The translations under genes and the position numbers were made by a program. 64,000 nt of DNA, from NCBI GenBank assembly GCA_964016885.1, contig OZ024746.1, positions 49,724,001-49,788,000 on the forward strand, in the 5' to 3' direction. This document shows, in pieces, positions 40,844 through 54,500 of this stretch (positions are counted from its first letter, which is position 1; each line of letters begins with the position of its first letter). This DNA comes from Eledone cirrhosa (Eukaryota). Below the pieces are notes generated by a model. The model was not told where the DNA came from. It ran no database searches and saw only the letters and a list, made by a program, of their open reading frames with translations.

Positions 40844-42364
40844 CAATGTCGGACTGGAACCTAACACCACATCTAGCATCAAACACCAGAGACACACCCT
40901 ATACTACATACCCAACACTAGCTGATCCATTATAACACAAACAACGACATCCCTCTGGAACCCTTCGCAGGGAAAATACCCATTTATACCTCTACGGCAG
41001 GTGTGACAACATCCACCCACTTGGACGGCACTACACCGCTCTAAGGGTAATTTGAGCATGAATTGATCGGTTGGATGGTGTTGGGCAGAGGAAACACCTT
41101 CCTTAGACAGATGTAAAATGATTTAATCGAGTAGCGCTGTTGACCAGTAGGACCGGGCTGCTGAGCGCAGTGAGTGAATGCAATGCAACTGCCGTGCGGG
41201 TTGTACGTATATGGATGATCTGACGGTCAGAGAGGGGTCGCGAGGACTGCGGATTGACCTTTGGCCTGCCTGGGGACGATTATCTTTCGACATCCAATGT
41301 AGCAAGCGATGACCCAGATCTTACCAGAGATCATTGGGTCCTGAAGCAATCCTGCAATCACCGCGCCTGGTCATATGAGCAGACTACAACCACAGAGATC
41401 ATTAATTTAGAATCCTCGCTCATCATCTATAATTTCCATTTGTAGCACCTTAAGATGGGTTAATCCACCTTAATAATAATATGATCACCTTCAGCATAAT
41501 TTAGTTAAACTACTCTATAGTTAGTACACTTTATGCTTTAAAAGTCTCTCTTGGAAGGTGCACCTCACCATAGAATTTAGGGTCTATATTGGGACACATT
41601 TTAATGGCTAGATATAGAAACCCCAGAGTTACCTCCCCGCATGCATTAACTCCCCTTAGCCACACACACACTTCCGGTATTCAATGGCGTTTCTCGAAAC
41701 GTAACAACCTCCTGTATCGAACTAAAGAACACCAGACTACGATCTCTAACTGGATTGTCATGGATTATGTGAAAGGCATATAATCGAAATATACACTCCC
41801 TTGACCATGAAAATGCCGAAGTACATGAATTACTTGACATCCCTGCGCTGTGCATCTCCAATACTTATAACACTTTTAATGCTTGCACTATCTTTAATGC
41901 TTATAATATTTCTCCACACACAGACTATATCAATCATATAAAGACTTTGCCACCAGATCTACCAACCTAACACTCTTATTTACCTACCTAAGTGCCTCTA
42001 CCACACATATCTCTCTGCCACACTATATAAACAAGACGCACATGCGTGCCACACATATAACATTTGCACTATATAACCACTTATCTTCATGTTGTACTTT
42101 AACCTATATCTTTGATTTTTGATTGTACCCATTAATATAAATGTAATCTCGAAGTGTGTACTGCCACTCTAAATTCTGTAATGAATGTTGACCCACAATG
42201 TTTGAATATGTATCAATGTTTGAATATGTGTTGGTATGTCTCTCGGCTGAAAAGGAGGTCATATAACTGTCCATGCATTAATAAATTGCTCCGAAGAATC
42301 CAAACCTCGGTTTGGAGGAAACAGCTGTAAGCACAATAATGTTTTGAACAGTTCTTTGATTCTT

Positions 42365-42460
<96 letters not shown>

Positions 42461-42849
42461 CATAGATATCTATACACACATATATATTTACATATACATA
42501 TGCATAAATATACATTTGGATGCATACATACACATATACACAAACACACACTTATATAACGATGTACATATTCTATTCTTAAATACATGAGGTATATAGG
42601 TGACATGTTGTTAGTATAGACAATAAATACACACACACACATGCATATATGCATGTACATATGTATGTCTGGATTGTGCATATTGTCTATATATGTATGT
42701 ATATTTATACATATGAAAATATTTATATATACGCGCGCGCGCACACACATACACACACACACAGACACAAAACACACACAGGGATATATATGTATATATA
42801 CACCTTCAAATTCGCATACATACATGCATACATATGTACACACAGACAT

Positions 42850-43295
42850 AAATTTCGTTTCATTTTTTCCGTTTATCGTTTTCGGTCCACCCGGCCGATT
42901 AACCCACTCGATATGCAAATTGGGCTACTCAGCCGTTAATATGCATAAGGTAAGTATATACGTTCAACAATCTGACAGAAAGGTATACGTTGCTGACGAT
43001 AGCTAATAAGATAGAAACTAGTACAGCGTTCCTTTGTCAGTGTTGAACAAACGAGCAACGATGGTTGCTGGACACTATGGCTTAATACGGGATGTTTGTT
43101 TACAAACACATCGAGCATTATAATAAATGTTCGGTGAATCCATACGTACATATATATATATGTGTGCATGTATGTATATATATATACATACTACTGTCCG
43201 TCTTTATACATATATGTATGTACGTGTACATACTTATATTTAAGTAACAGCCGTACTAAGAGTGGGAAATGAAATTTCGTTTCATTTTTTCCGTT

Positions 43296-43298
<3 letters not shown>
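42850..43298 (+). mobile_element. Retrozyme-like non-coding HHR element, copy R3 (422-bp unit)
   Basis: 27-bp terminal direct repeats 42850-42876 and 43272-43298, octamer 42913-42920, HHR 42987-43029, ends in (TA)n. Confidence 0.8.
42987..43029 (+). ncRNA. Minimal type I hammerhead ribozyme (R3)
   Basis: acgttg-CTGACGA-tagct(aata)agata-GAAA-ctag-TA-cagcgt. Confidence 0.8.
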
Positions 43299-43326
<28 letters not shown>

Positions 43327-43652
43327 GTGTGTGTGTGTGTGTGTGTGTGTGAGCGAGAGTGTGTGTGTGCATGTGTGTGTGTGGGCCTGTGTGTGTGTGT
43401 GTGTGTTTATTGGTTGCAGTACTATGAGAACATCTGGTTTTGAGATGAGACAATATTCGTAACTCATATATTTTATTGTCAGAGCAATATGAGAATGGAC
43501 AGTGCTGGGAGAGGGAGTAAGTGAGTTTAAGAGGACATGAAAACCTAAAGAGTGAACTATTAAAATGTCTGATGGCAACTGAGAAACAGTTTTGAGATAC
43601 AGGACCAGGTAGATAGAAATACAGATGTATTATATAGGTAAACAGGCTGACA

Positions 43653-43743
<91 letters not shown>

Positions 43744-43744
<1 letters not shown>

Positions 43745-44226
43745 AAAAACGAAGGAGAGGCGGTTTTCCTTTGTGTGATAGCTATGGCGAAAGAGGTTGT
43801 ATGGTGGACAAGGTTGAAAGGGCTGAGGTCAGACACCTTTCTCTCCGGCCAACAACTGATTCTTTTTTTCAAATACCACTTTGGAAGAAGAATCAGGATG
43901 GAGAGAGAGGTGCTGTACCCCAGCAAGTTTTATGAAAGGTGGGTGAAAGTGGCGAGAATGGCCCGAGTGAATGGGCCTTCTCTCTATATCAGCCTGTAGA
44001 TTGAGGAAAAGGAGGAGGAGAGGAAAGGAGTACAAGCTCTTCGTACTCCTGGAGATGAGGGTTGCACATTTTTTTCGGGGGTATGTGTTACCCATATAAA
44101 CTGTCTCCCTCTATTGGACTAACTTTTAAATTCCATCTGTGATAACATTTTACACGTTTTTATTGTATGTAAACTTCCCCCTTTGTATTTGTCCCCTTCT
44201 TTTGTGCCCCTGTGGCTAATAAAGAA

Positions 44227-44227
<1 letters not shown>
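43744..44227 (+). mobile_element. 5'-truncated Tx1 LINE between (TATC)n tracts 43651-43743 and 44228-44305
   Basis: Matches ~49622-50113; ends aataaagaa. Confidence 0.9.
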
Positions 44228-44305
<78 letters not shown>

Positions 44306-47300
44306 AGACGTGTGTAACTTCGCGGAGAAGTTTCCGTTAATTTATGTAAAAAAAAAACGTGAGTTTCAGTTAAATTTTATATTATTGTGTAACTTGACCC
44401 CCCGTCTGGACCTTCAGGTGGTGGGTCAACTCATTTTAGCCCCTACAGGGGCGAAATATTCATTTGAAGAAATTTTTCTCCATCGAATTTTGGAAAAAAT
44501 ATTGTAAAAGTTTGATTACGTTATGAACGCTGCGTCCAACGATAATGGTGGTGGAGAGTCGGTAAGACTACAAAGCTCGCAGTCAACACCGTCTTCTTCC
44601 CTTTCCTTCTCAATAGATACTATAGAGATGGAAAGACGAAATGAAAATGTAAAAACAAATTCATATCCAAACAACACAAATGACACCAAACAGTTCAATG
44701 ACAATAAAAATAACAGCAACACCAATAATGATGATAAAAACAACAATGATAACAACAACAAAGAAAAAAATAAGGACAACACCAATAACACCAGCATCAA
44801 AGACAACAACAACACCAAGGAAAATACGAATAATATCAACATCGGTGACAACAAGAATAACAACAAGAATAACAACAATAATGACAACACCACCAACACG
44901 GATAATTCCACACAGAAACCAAAAATATCCTTTGCACAGACAGTTCAAAAAAAGGCGGAACTGATATATCTCGACATAACAAATGCCGAACAACTTTTAA
45001 AGGACGTTAGGAGATATGTCACTTTCGAAAAAAATGGTGCTTTTCAGCATCAATTCTCCGGTAGAAATTCGCAAGGAAACTGCTCTCAAAACGATAGTTT
45101 TAGGACAGTTTCCAATTCTACACGAAAACCAGTCCAATTTTCACAGAAAGAAATTGATGGTTTTCAAAAATTCAATGAATGATATTGCATTCATTCAAAG
45201 AAGCAAACTTTTGGGAGTATTTCGGTACTCATGAAGGATCAATTGACGGCCCAAAATTACTCTGTGTCGCCAATTGTATCCAACCTGTACACCTTTTTCC
45301 CTACATACATGGGAAAAAGGACACAAAAGATCAAAATCACGAGTGTCACACCAAAGGTGAACATATGGTGGATACTGTGCGGCTTCATCGATTTTGATGA
45401 AGACAGAATACTGTCAGTAGGAAAGTCCCCCAGAGATGTATTCAATGGGACTAGCATTGAAGTTCTGGTGCAAATGAGCCCAGAGCCAATAGCTATGATC
45501 CCACAACGTGTACTCCTGGACGGACTCACCTACATAAACTTTTCGGTTGAGGGTAGGCGGCCTTCATGTTACCATTGCTTTAGGAGGGGGTCACCTGAGG
45601 GCTTCCTGTCCTAAATTAATGAGTAAAAAAAAGGCTTTTCGGCCGACACCCATCAAAACAACACAACCACCAACACCACCACAACAACAACAACACCAAC
45701 ACACAAAAATAACCACAACAAACACAGTCCCACCCAACCCCACTCCACCTAAAACCACTGCAAAATCACATACAGACACAACAGCTCCCCAAGACATACC
45801 CCTCCCCAATCAGACATACGATACAACAGATGAGGCTATCTCGCCATCACCCAGTGAAGACGAGAGAACCCCATCGCTCGAAAAGAAAGAAAAGACATCA
45901 CAAAAGCAAAAACCCAGCAAACACTACCACAGACATACAACCACCAACACAAACAACAAAAACATCACAAACAAAACCCCCACCTCCTGAAAACAAAATA
46001 CCTACAATAAAACGAAAGCACACACAAGAACTACAGACAAAAACAAACACAACACAAGAAAATTACACTTACACTTACATAAACATTGAAAACAAAACAC
46101 TAATGGAGACCATCACGAACGACCCTTCGGTGAAAGCCGAAGGGAAAACTTTCGCCCACTATTAAAAATAACAAAAAACTGAACCAAAAACTGATTAGGG
46201 TCCCTATACAAACGTATGGGTCCCTAAAAGAAACATTTGAGAAGGATGTGGTGAATTCCTGCGTGAAAACACTTAACCGCGTCCTTCTCAAATGTCTCCC
46301 CACCCCAGACACCCCCATCCCACCAGACCCCACCCCACCAAACATCTCCGTCCCCACCCCGCCGGAAACCACCACCCATCCAGACAACCCCTCCAACACC
46401 CCCATGGAAATCGTGCGACCTGGTCCCCAGGAGACGAAGGGTGAGTGATCTCTTTTCCTCTTTTAACTTTTCAGCACCTTTTCAGCACCTTTTCAGCACC
46501 TTTTCAGCAACTTTTCAGTATGGATGTGGTAGCCATTTGCGAGTCCAGGATCCACAGCGAGCGACAGCTGGCCCCCATCTTCGATGACTTTGAGATCTAC
46601 GAATCTCTCTGTCAACCGGGGGGTGGGGGCGGAGTTGCCGTTTTGCTGCGGAAACACCTGGGCCTCGTAACACAGACGGTACATCTGGACCCGGAGGGTC
46701 GACTGGTGGTCCTAGACGTTGACGGTAGTGAAGGTGGAGCCTTCAGGCTGGTGGACGCATATGCCCCATCCGGGACACCGCGGCCAGACTTCTTCAAACG
46801 TCTAGAGACTTTTCTGGGAACGTCCCGCTCCTTGCTTTTAGTGGGGGACTGGAATGGAATCCTAGATGCACGTTGGGACTATGTGGGAGCATGTCCCGAT
46901 AAAGGGGGGTGTAACAGCCTCAAACAGTTAATCGACCGATTTGACCTGGCCGATAGATATCGACTAGATTTTCCGACTGCGCCACTGTGGACGTGGAGTA
47001 ATCGTAGCGGAACATCTAGATCCTACCTAGATAGGGTTCTAGTTAGAAATAAGGATAGAGGCATGTTAAGCTCTCCACAAATGTTCATGGTTGCCTATTC
47101 AGATCACAAACTGGTGACCTGCATGGCCAACCTTGATAGAACCCATAGACAAGGACCCGGCTACTGGAAGCTGAACTTGTCGTTACCGACAAGCAAAGCC
47201 TACAGTAGACGGATTAGAACTTTAGTTAAACAGCACTTGACAGGGGCCATTGTCAACATCAGATGGTGGTACTCTCTCAAGAGGGCAGTTAGATTACACT

Positions 47301-50113
47301 CGTTAGTTTTTAGTAAAGAATTAGCGTTAGATAGAAATAGAACCGAGAAGGAACTGGTAGATAAAGTAGAAGAGGCAATTAGAAGTGGCAACGTAGCCAG
47401 CGTGCTAGCAACGAGAACGGCCTTGGACCAGTTCTTCGACGCAAAGCACGAGGGCGGCGTTGCCAGAAGCAAAATACGTGCTCTGGGAAACGAGGGAGCC
47501 AAAGCTGTTAGCTGGGCCCGACTGACGGAGGCAAAAAGTGGCAACAAGTCCTCGATTCGGTCTTTGAAGGACCAAAACGGACGCGTGAAACGTGAGCCGA
47601 AGCAGATGTGTGCGGCCTTTCAGCGGTACTTTCCTCAACTGTTTGGGAGGGGCGGCGCGCGGGGAGGGGCGGCGCGCGGGGAGGGGCTATGGATTTCGGT
47701 CCATACCTCGACGGCCTACCTCGACTCTCGAACAGCGAGGCAAAGTTCTGCGAAAAGCCGATTTCAGCCGCTGAGATAGGGGACGCGCTGAGCCAATGCG
47801 GCAAACGCAAATCTACAGGTCTCGACGGTCTACCCTACGAATTTTACGTAGCAATGCTGGATTTATTCTCCGGTCTCCTGGAAGCGGACTACTGCAACTG
47901 GCAACAGAACGGGAGAATTCCCAGTTCTGTAACCGGGGGCGTAGTCACACTAATAAGGAAGGACGAGAATAAGGGGGATGACATAGGAAACTTCCAGCCC
48001 ATAACTCTGCTAAACACAGAGTTACAGATTTTGGCCAAGGTGTTGGCAAAGAGGCTGGCGCTTGTCGTCGAGAACCTGGTGGGAGAAGCGCAGAAATGCG
48101 CAATCCCGACCAGGTCCATACACGACAACCTCCACCTCATGCGATACATCATAGAGAGGGTAGGGCGTAAACCCGGCTTCAGTGGGGCCCTGATCAACTT
48201 GAATCAGTCTAAGGCTTTCGATAGAGTTGACAATCGTTACCTGGATGCGGTGCTCGAGGCGGCAGGCTTCGGACCCGTGTTCAGGGGCTGGATTGCTGCA
48301 ATGCGCAACAACATCTGCTCAAGGGTCAAGGTGAACGGCTACCTCTCGGAGCCGTTCCATATTACGCGATCCATTCGACAGGGATGCCCTCTCTCCTCCC
48401 TTCTGTACGTACTGACTCTCGAGCCACTACTGCGGAAGTTGGAGCTATTGCAGGGCATCCCTCTGGAACCGGGACTGCGAAAAGCGGCGTCGGGCTATGC
48501 CGACGACGTGACGGTAATGGTGTCGAGCGCCTCGCAAATCGAGGAAGTCGGCACCTTACTGAAGGAATACGAAAATTTCACAGGGGCGAAGATGAACCGG
48601 GACAAGTCCATCGGTTTGCAACTCGGATCGTGGAGAGGCAAACCGATGCCTTCCGATGGCGTTGTCGGACGCTGGACGGAAGGACCGGTAAAGCTGCTCG
48701 GGGTCTGGTTTGGTCCGGACCTCCAGGTGGAGAAGAACTGGAACGAAGTGACGGCCAAGGTGTTTGCACTCACCCAGAAGTGGGCCGAGTGCAAACTATC
48801 CTTGAAAGGTCGAGCGGAGGTGGCGAACACTTTTATAGCGTCCGCCATCTACTACCGCTTGACCGTCGTGCCTTGTCCAGCCAAAACGCTCGCCAAAATG
48901 GAACGCGCGCTCTTCCAATTCCTTAGGAAGAGGCGGGCTCCTTTGGTGAGAAGATCCATCTGCTGCCAACACCCTTCTATCGGAGGGCTGTGAATGCCGT
49001 GGTTGACGATGCGCAAACACGCGCTCAGGCTGCGGCATCTCTACGTATTCCTCACCGGAGAACCGGTGTGGGCCCCGTTCGTGAGGCGAGCCTTCCCACG
49101 ACTCGTCTCGCTGACCGAGCTGCAGTCCTGGGTCAAGCAAAGACAGAGGAAAATGGGCGACTGGCACATCGAATGTGCTCAGGCGCTCACAGCCCTCTGG
49201 CAAGCGGACCCGACGATGAGTGGAGACTCCACTTCGTCATTCTATCGAGGGTTGATCCGCAGCAAGTGCGACGACGCGCTCTGTGAAACTCTAGGCGTAG
49301 AGGAAGATGAACTGGCCAGTCTGTTCGATAGGACCTTCCGCCCGGGACCGATGGACAACTTCCAAAAGTCCCTGGCCTGGCAGTGCTACCGAGGAGCTCT
49401 ACCAGTTCGAGACAAGCTCTACAGACATGGGCGCCCGGGCAGCGACCCTGCAAAAAAGATCTGTCCGAGGTGCGTGCGTGACGAAGAAACCGTCGCGCAC
49501 GCATTCATACACTGTCCGGGCGTCACTGACCTGTGGGGCTATGTAGAACGACTATTGTCGCGGGTGGGACCAATCTGGTTGACCACCGAGTCCATTGTCA
49601 TGATCAAACCGCCACCCTCCTTCAAAAACGAAGGAGAGGCGGTTTTCCTTTGTGTGATAGCTATGGCGAAAGAGGTTGTATGGTGGACAAGGTTGAAAGG
49701 GCTGAGGTCAGACACCTTTCTCTCCGGCCAACAACTGATTCTTTCTTTCAAATACCACTTTGGAAGAAGAATCAGGATGGGGGAGAGGTGCTGTACCCCA
49801 GCAAGTTTTATGAAAGGTGGGTGAAAGTGGCGAGAATGGCCCGAGTGAATGGGCCTTCTCTCTATATCAGCCTGTAGGTTGAGGAAAAGGAGGAGGATAG
49901 GAAAGGAGTACAAACTCTTCGTACTCCTGGAGATGAGGGCTGCACATTTTTTCTGGGGTATGTGTTACCCATATAAACTTTCTCCCCCTATTGGAGAAAA
50001 TCGACTAACTTTTTAAATTGCATTTGTGATAACATTTTACACGTTTTTATTGTATGTAAACTTCCCCCTTTGTATTTGTCCCCTTCTTTTGTACCCCTGC
50101 GGCTAATAAAGAA
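44306..50113 (+). mobile_element. Full-length degenerate Tx1 LINE (copy A)
   Basis: ORF1 fragments ~44628-46448 (CYHC knuckle), ORF2 fragments ~46520-49877; (TATC)n on both sides. Confidence 0.92.
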
Positions 50114-50163
<50 letters not shown>

Positions 50164-51446
50164 TTCCAATTCCTTTGGAAGAGGCGGGCTCCTATGGTGA
50201 GGAGATCCATCTGCTGTCAACACCCTTCGAAAGGAGGGCTGGGGATGCCGTGGCTAATGATGCGTAAACACGCATTAAGGCTACGGCACCTCTACGTATT
50301 CCTCACCGGACAACCGGTGTGGGCCTCGTTTGTGAGACGAACCTTTCCCAGACTCGTCTCACTCACCGAGCTGCAATCCTGGGTCAAGCAAAGACCGAGA
50401 AAACTGGGCGCCTGGCACACTGAGTATGCCCAGGCGCTCACCGCCCTCTGGCAGGCGGATCCGGTTATCAGTGGAGACTCCACCGCAACATTCTATAGAG
50501 GGCTGGTACGCAGCAGGTGCGACGACGCCCTCGGAGAAGCCCTAGACATGGAGGAGGACGAACTGGCCGGCCTGTTCGGTAGGACATTCAGCCCGGGACC
50601 TATGGACAACTTCCAGAAGTCCCTGGCCTGGCAGTGCTACCGAGGAGCTTTACCCGTTTGAGAAAGGCTCTACAGACACGGGCGCCCGGGTAGGGACCCC
50701 GCCAAAAAGATCTGTCCCAGATGCGTGTGCGACGAGGAAACCGTTGCACACGCATTGGCACACTGCGCGGGCGTAGCCGATCTGTGGGGCTATGTCGAAC
50801 AACTGCTGTCAAGGGTGGGACCGATCCGGTTGACCACCGAGTCTATTGTAATGATCAAGCCGCCTCCCCCCTTCAAAGATGAAGCAGAGGCGGTGTTTCT
50901 GTGCGTAATAGCCATGGCGAAAGAGGTTGTATGGTGGACGCGTCTGAAAGGACTGAGGTCAGGCACCTTTCTCTCTGGCCAACAACTGGTCCGTTTCTTC
51001 CGATATCATTTCGGAAGAAGGATCAGGATGGAGAGAGAGGTGCTGCACCCCAGTCGTTTTTATGAAAGGTGGGTGAAAGTGGCGAGAATGGCCCGTGTGA
51101 ATGGGCCTTCTCTTTACATGAGCCTGTAGGTGGAAAAGAGGAAGGAACGAGGGAGCACCCCCTCTCTATGCTCCTGAGGAAAAGGGTTGCACACTTTTTT
51201 CGGGGGTGTGTGCGACCCCCCAAGGCGCCTCCTCTCTATTGAGGATTTTGTTATAAATTTTATTTTTTGTTATATTTTATAACAAAATTCTCTATTGAGG
51301 ATTTTGTTATAATTCTATTTTTTGTTATATTTTATTTTATTTTTATATATTGTTATTGCCTCCTCCCTATTGAGGACGCCTTGTTTGGTAAACTCCCCCC
51401 ATTGTATTTGTCCCACTTTTGATGCCCTTGTGGCAAATAAAAGAAA
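50164..51446 (+). mobile_element. 5'-truncated Tx1 LINE of another subfamily between (TATC)n tracts
   Basis: ORF2 C-terminus 50164-51129 with zinc finger; different 3' UTR ending aataaaagaa. Confidence 0.9.
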
Positions 51447-51448
51447 CA

Positions 51449-51536
<88 letters not shown>

Positions 51537-54500
51537 AGGCGTGTGTAACTTCGCGGTGAATTTTCCGTTAATTTATGTAAGAAAAAAACGTGAGTTTTTA
51601 TTTAAATTTTATATTATTGTGTAACTTGACCCCCGTCTGGACCCTCAAGTAGTGGGTCAACTCATTTTCGCCCCTACAGGGCCGAAATATCCATTTGATT
51701 AAATTTTTCTCCATCGAATCTTGGAAAAAATATTGTAAAAGTTTGATTACGTTATGAACGCTGCGTCCAACGATAATGGTGGTGGAGAGGCGGTAAGACT
51801 ACAAAGCTCGCAGTCAAGAACGTCTTCTTCACTAGATACTATAGAGATGGAAAGATGAAATGAAAATGTAAAAACGAATTCATATCCAAACAACACAAAT
51901 GACACCAAACAGTTCAATGACAACAAAAATAACAGCAACACCAATAAGGATGATAAAAGCAACAATGATAACAACAACAAAGAAAAAAATAAAGACAACA
52001 CCAATAACACCAGCATCAAAGACAACAACAACACCAAGGAAAATACGAATAATATCAACATCGGTGACAACAAGAATAACAACAGCAATAACAACAATAA
52101 TGACAACACGACCAACACGGATAATTCCACAAAGAAACCAAAAACTCCTTTGCACAGACAGTTCAGAAAAGGGAGGAACTGATATATCTCGACATAACAA
52201 ATGCTGAACAACTTTTAAAGGACGCTAGGAGACATGTCACTTTCGAAAAAAATGGTGCTTTCAGCATCAATTCTCCGGTAGAAATTCGCAAGGAAACTGC
52301 TCTCAAAACGATAGTTTTTAGGACAGTTTACAATTCTACCCGAAAACCAGTCCAATTGTCACAGAAAGAAATTATCTGGTTTTCAAAAATTCAATGAATG
52401 ATATTGCATTCATTCAAAGAAGCAAACTTTTTGGGAGTATTTCGGTACTCATGAAGGATCAATTGACGGCCCAAAATTACTCTGTGTCGCCAATTGTATC
52501 CAACCTGTACACCTTTTTCCCTACATACATGGGGAAAAGGACACAAAAGATCAAAATCACGAGTGTCACACCAAAGGTGAACATATGGTGGATACTGTGC
52601 GACTTCATCAATTTTGATGAAGACAGAATACTGTCAGTAGGAAAGTCCCCCAGAGATGTATTCAATGGGACTAGCATTGAAGTTCTGGTGCAAATGAGCC
52701 CAGAGCCAATAGCTATGATCCAACAACGTGTAATCCTGGACGGACTCACCTACATAAACTTTTCGGTTGAGGATAGGCGGCCTTCTTGTTACCATTGCTT
52801 TAGCAGGGGTCACCCGAGGGCTTCCTGTCCTAAATTAATGAATCAAAATAAGACTCTTCTGCCGACACCCATCAAAACAACACAACCATCAACACCACCA
52901 CAGCAACAACAACACCAACACACAAAAATAACCACACCAAACACAGTCCCACCCAACCCCACTCCACCTAAAACCACTGCAAAATCACATACAGACACAA
53001 CAGCTCCCCAAGACATACCCCTCCCCAATCACACAGACGATACAACAGATGAGGCTATCTCGCAATCACCCAATGAAGACGAGGTAGAACCCCATCGCTC
53101 GAAAAGAAAGAAAAGACATCACAAAAGCAAAAAACCGGCAAACACTACCACAAACATACAATCACCAACACAAACAACAAAAACATCACAAACTAAACCC
53201 CCACCTCCTGAAAACAAAATACCTACAACAAAACGAAAGCACACACAAGAACTACAGACAAAAACAAACACAACACAAGAAAATTACACTTACACTTACA
53301 TAAACACTGAAAACAAAACACTAATGGAGACCATCACTAACGACCCTTCGGTGAAAACCGAAGGGAAAACTTTCGCCCACTCTATTAAAAATAACAAAAA
53401 ACTGAAACTAAAACTGATTAGGATCCCTATACAAACTTATGGGTCCCTAAAAGAAACATTTGAGAAGGTTGTGGGGGAATTCCTGCGTGAAACCACTTAA
53501 CCGCGTCCTTCTCAAATGTCTCCCCACCCCAGTCACCCCCATCCCACCTGACCCTACCCCACCAAACATCCCGTCCGCACCCCGCCGGAAACCACCACCC
53601 ATCCAGTCAACCCCTCCAACACTTCCATGGAAATCGTGCAGCCTGGTCCCCAGGAGACGAAGATGAGTGATCTCTTTTCCTCTTTTAACTTTTCAGCACC
53701 AACATGGCCAATATAAGAGTTGGATGTGTGAACGTACGCGGCCTGGGGATGCCCAGGAAACAGGGCAAACTCTTAAACGACCTCAGGTCGCACAGTATGG
53801 ATGTGGTAGCCATTTGCGAGTCCAGGATCCACAGCGAGCGACAGCTGGCCCCCATCTTCGATGACTTTGAGATCTACGCATCTCTCTGTCAACCGGGGGG
53901 TGGGGGCGGAGTTGCCGTTTTGCTGCGGAAACACCTGGGCCTCGTAACACAGACGGTACATCTGGATCCGGAGGGTCGACTGGTGGTCCTAGACGTTGAC
54001 GGTAGTGAAGGTGGAGCCTTCAGGCTGGTGGACGCATATGCCTCATCCGGGACACCGCGGCCAGACTTCTTCAAACGTCTAGAGACTTTTCTGGGAACGT
54101 CCCGCTCCTTGCTTTTAGTGGGGGACTGGAATGGAATCCTAGATGCACGTTGGGACTATGTGGGAGCATGTCCCGATAAAGGGGGGTGTAACAGCCTCAA
54201 ACAGTTAATCGACCGATTTGACCTGGCCGATAGATATCGACTAGATTTTCCGACTGCGCCACTGTGGACGTGGAGTAATCGTAGCGGAACATCTAGATCG
54301 TACCTAGATAGGGTTCCAGTTAGAAATAAGGATAGGGACATGTTAAGCTCTCCACAAATGTTCATGGTTGCCTATTCAGATCACAACTAGTGACCTGCAT
54401 GGCCAACCTTGATAGAACCCATAGACAAGGACCCGGCTACTGGAAGCGGAACTTGTCGTTACCGACAAGCAAAGCCTACAGTAGACGGATTAGCACTTTA

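Larger units (their letters stand above)
35549..42372 (+). mobile_element. Young, apparently intact Penelope-like element (probably Naiad-type) with a ~2.3-kb inverted 5' arm
   Basis: 5' pLTR ~37919-38340, intact ORF, 3' tail to 42372; 35715-37905 is a near-identical reverse complement of 40183-42372; HHR-like motifs at 35754-35800(-), 38088-38134(+) and 42287-42333(+); (TA)n at both ends. Confidence 0.93.

Noticed and set aside
35549-42372. Large inverted repeat as a fold-back sequencing artefact
   Set aside because: The arms are asymmetric, end at different pLTR positions, differ at a few bases and follow the geometry of older diverged PLE copies in the window; long reads would settle it
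43565-43600. ctgatggcaactgagaaacag, hammerhead-like
   Set aside because: A9 is absent and there is no convincing stem I or II pairing
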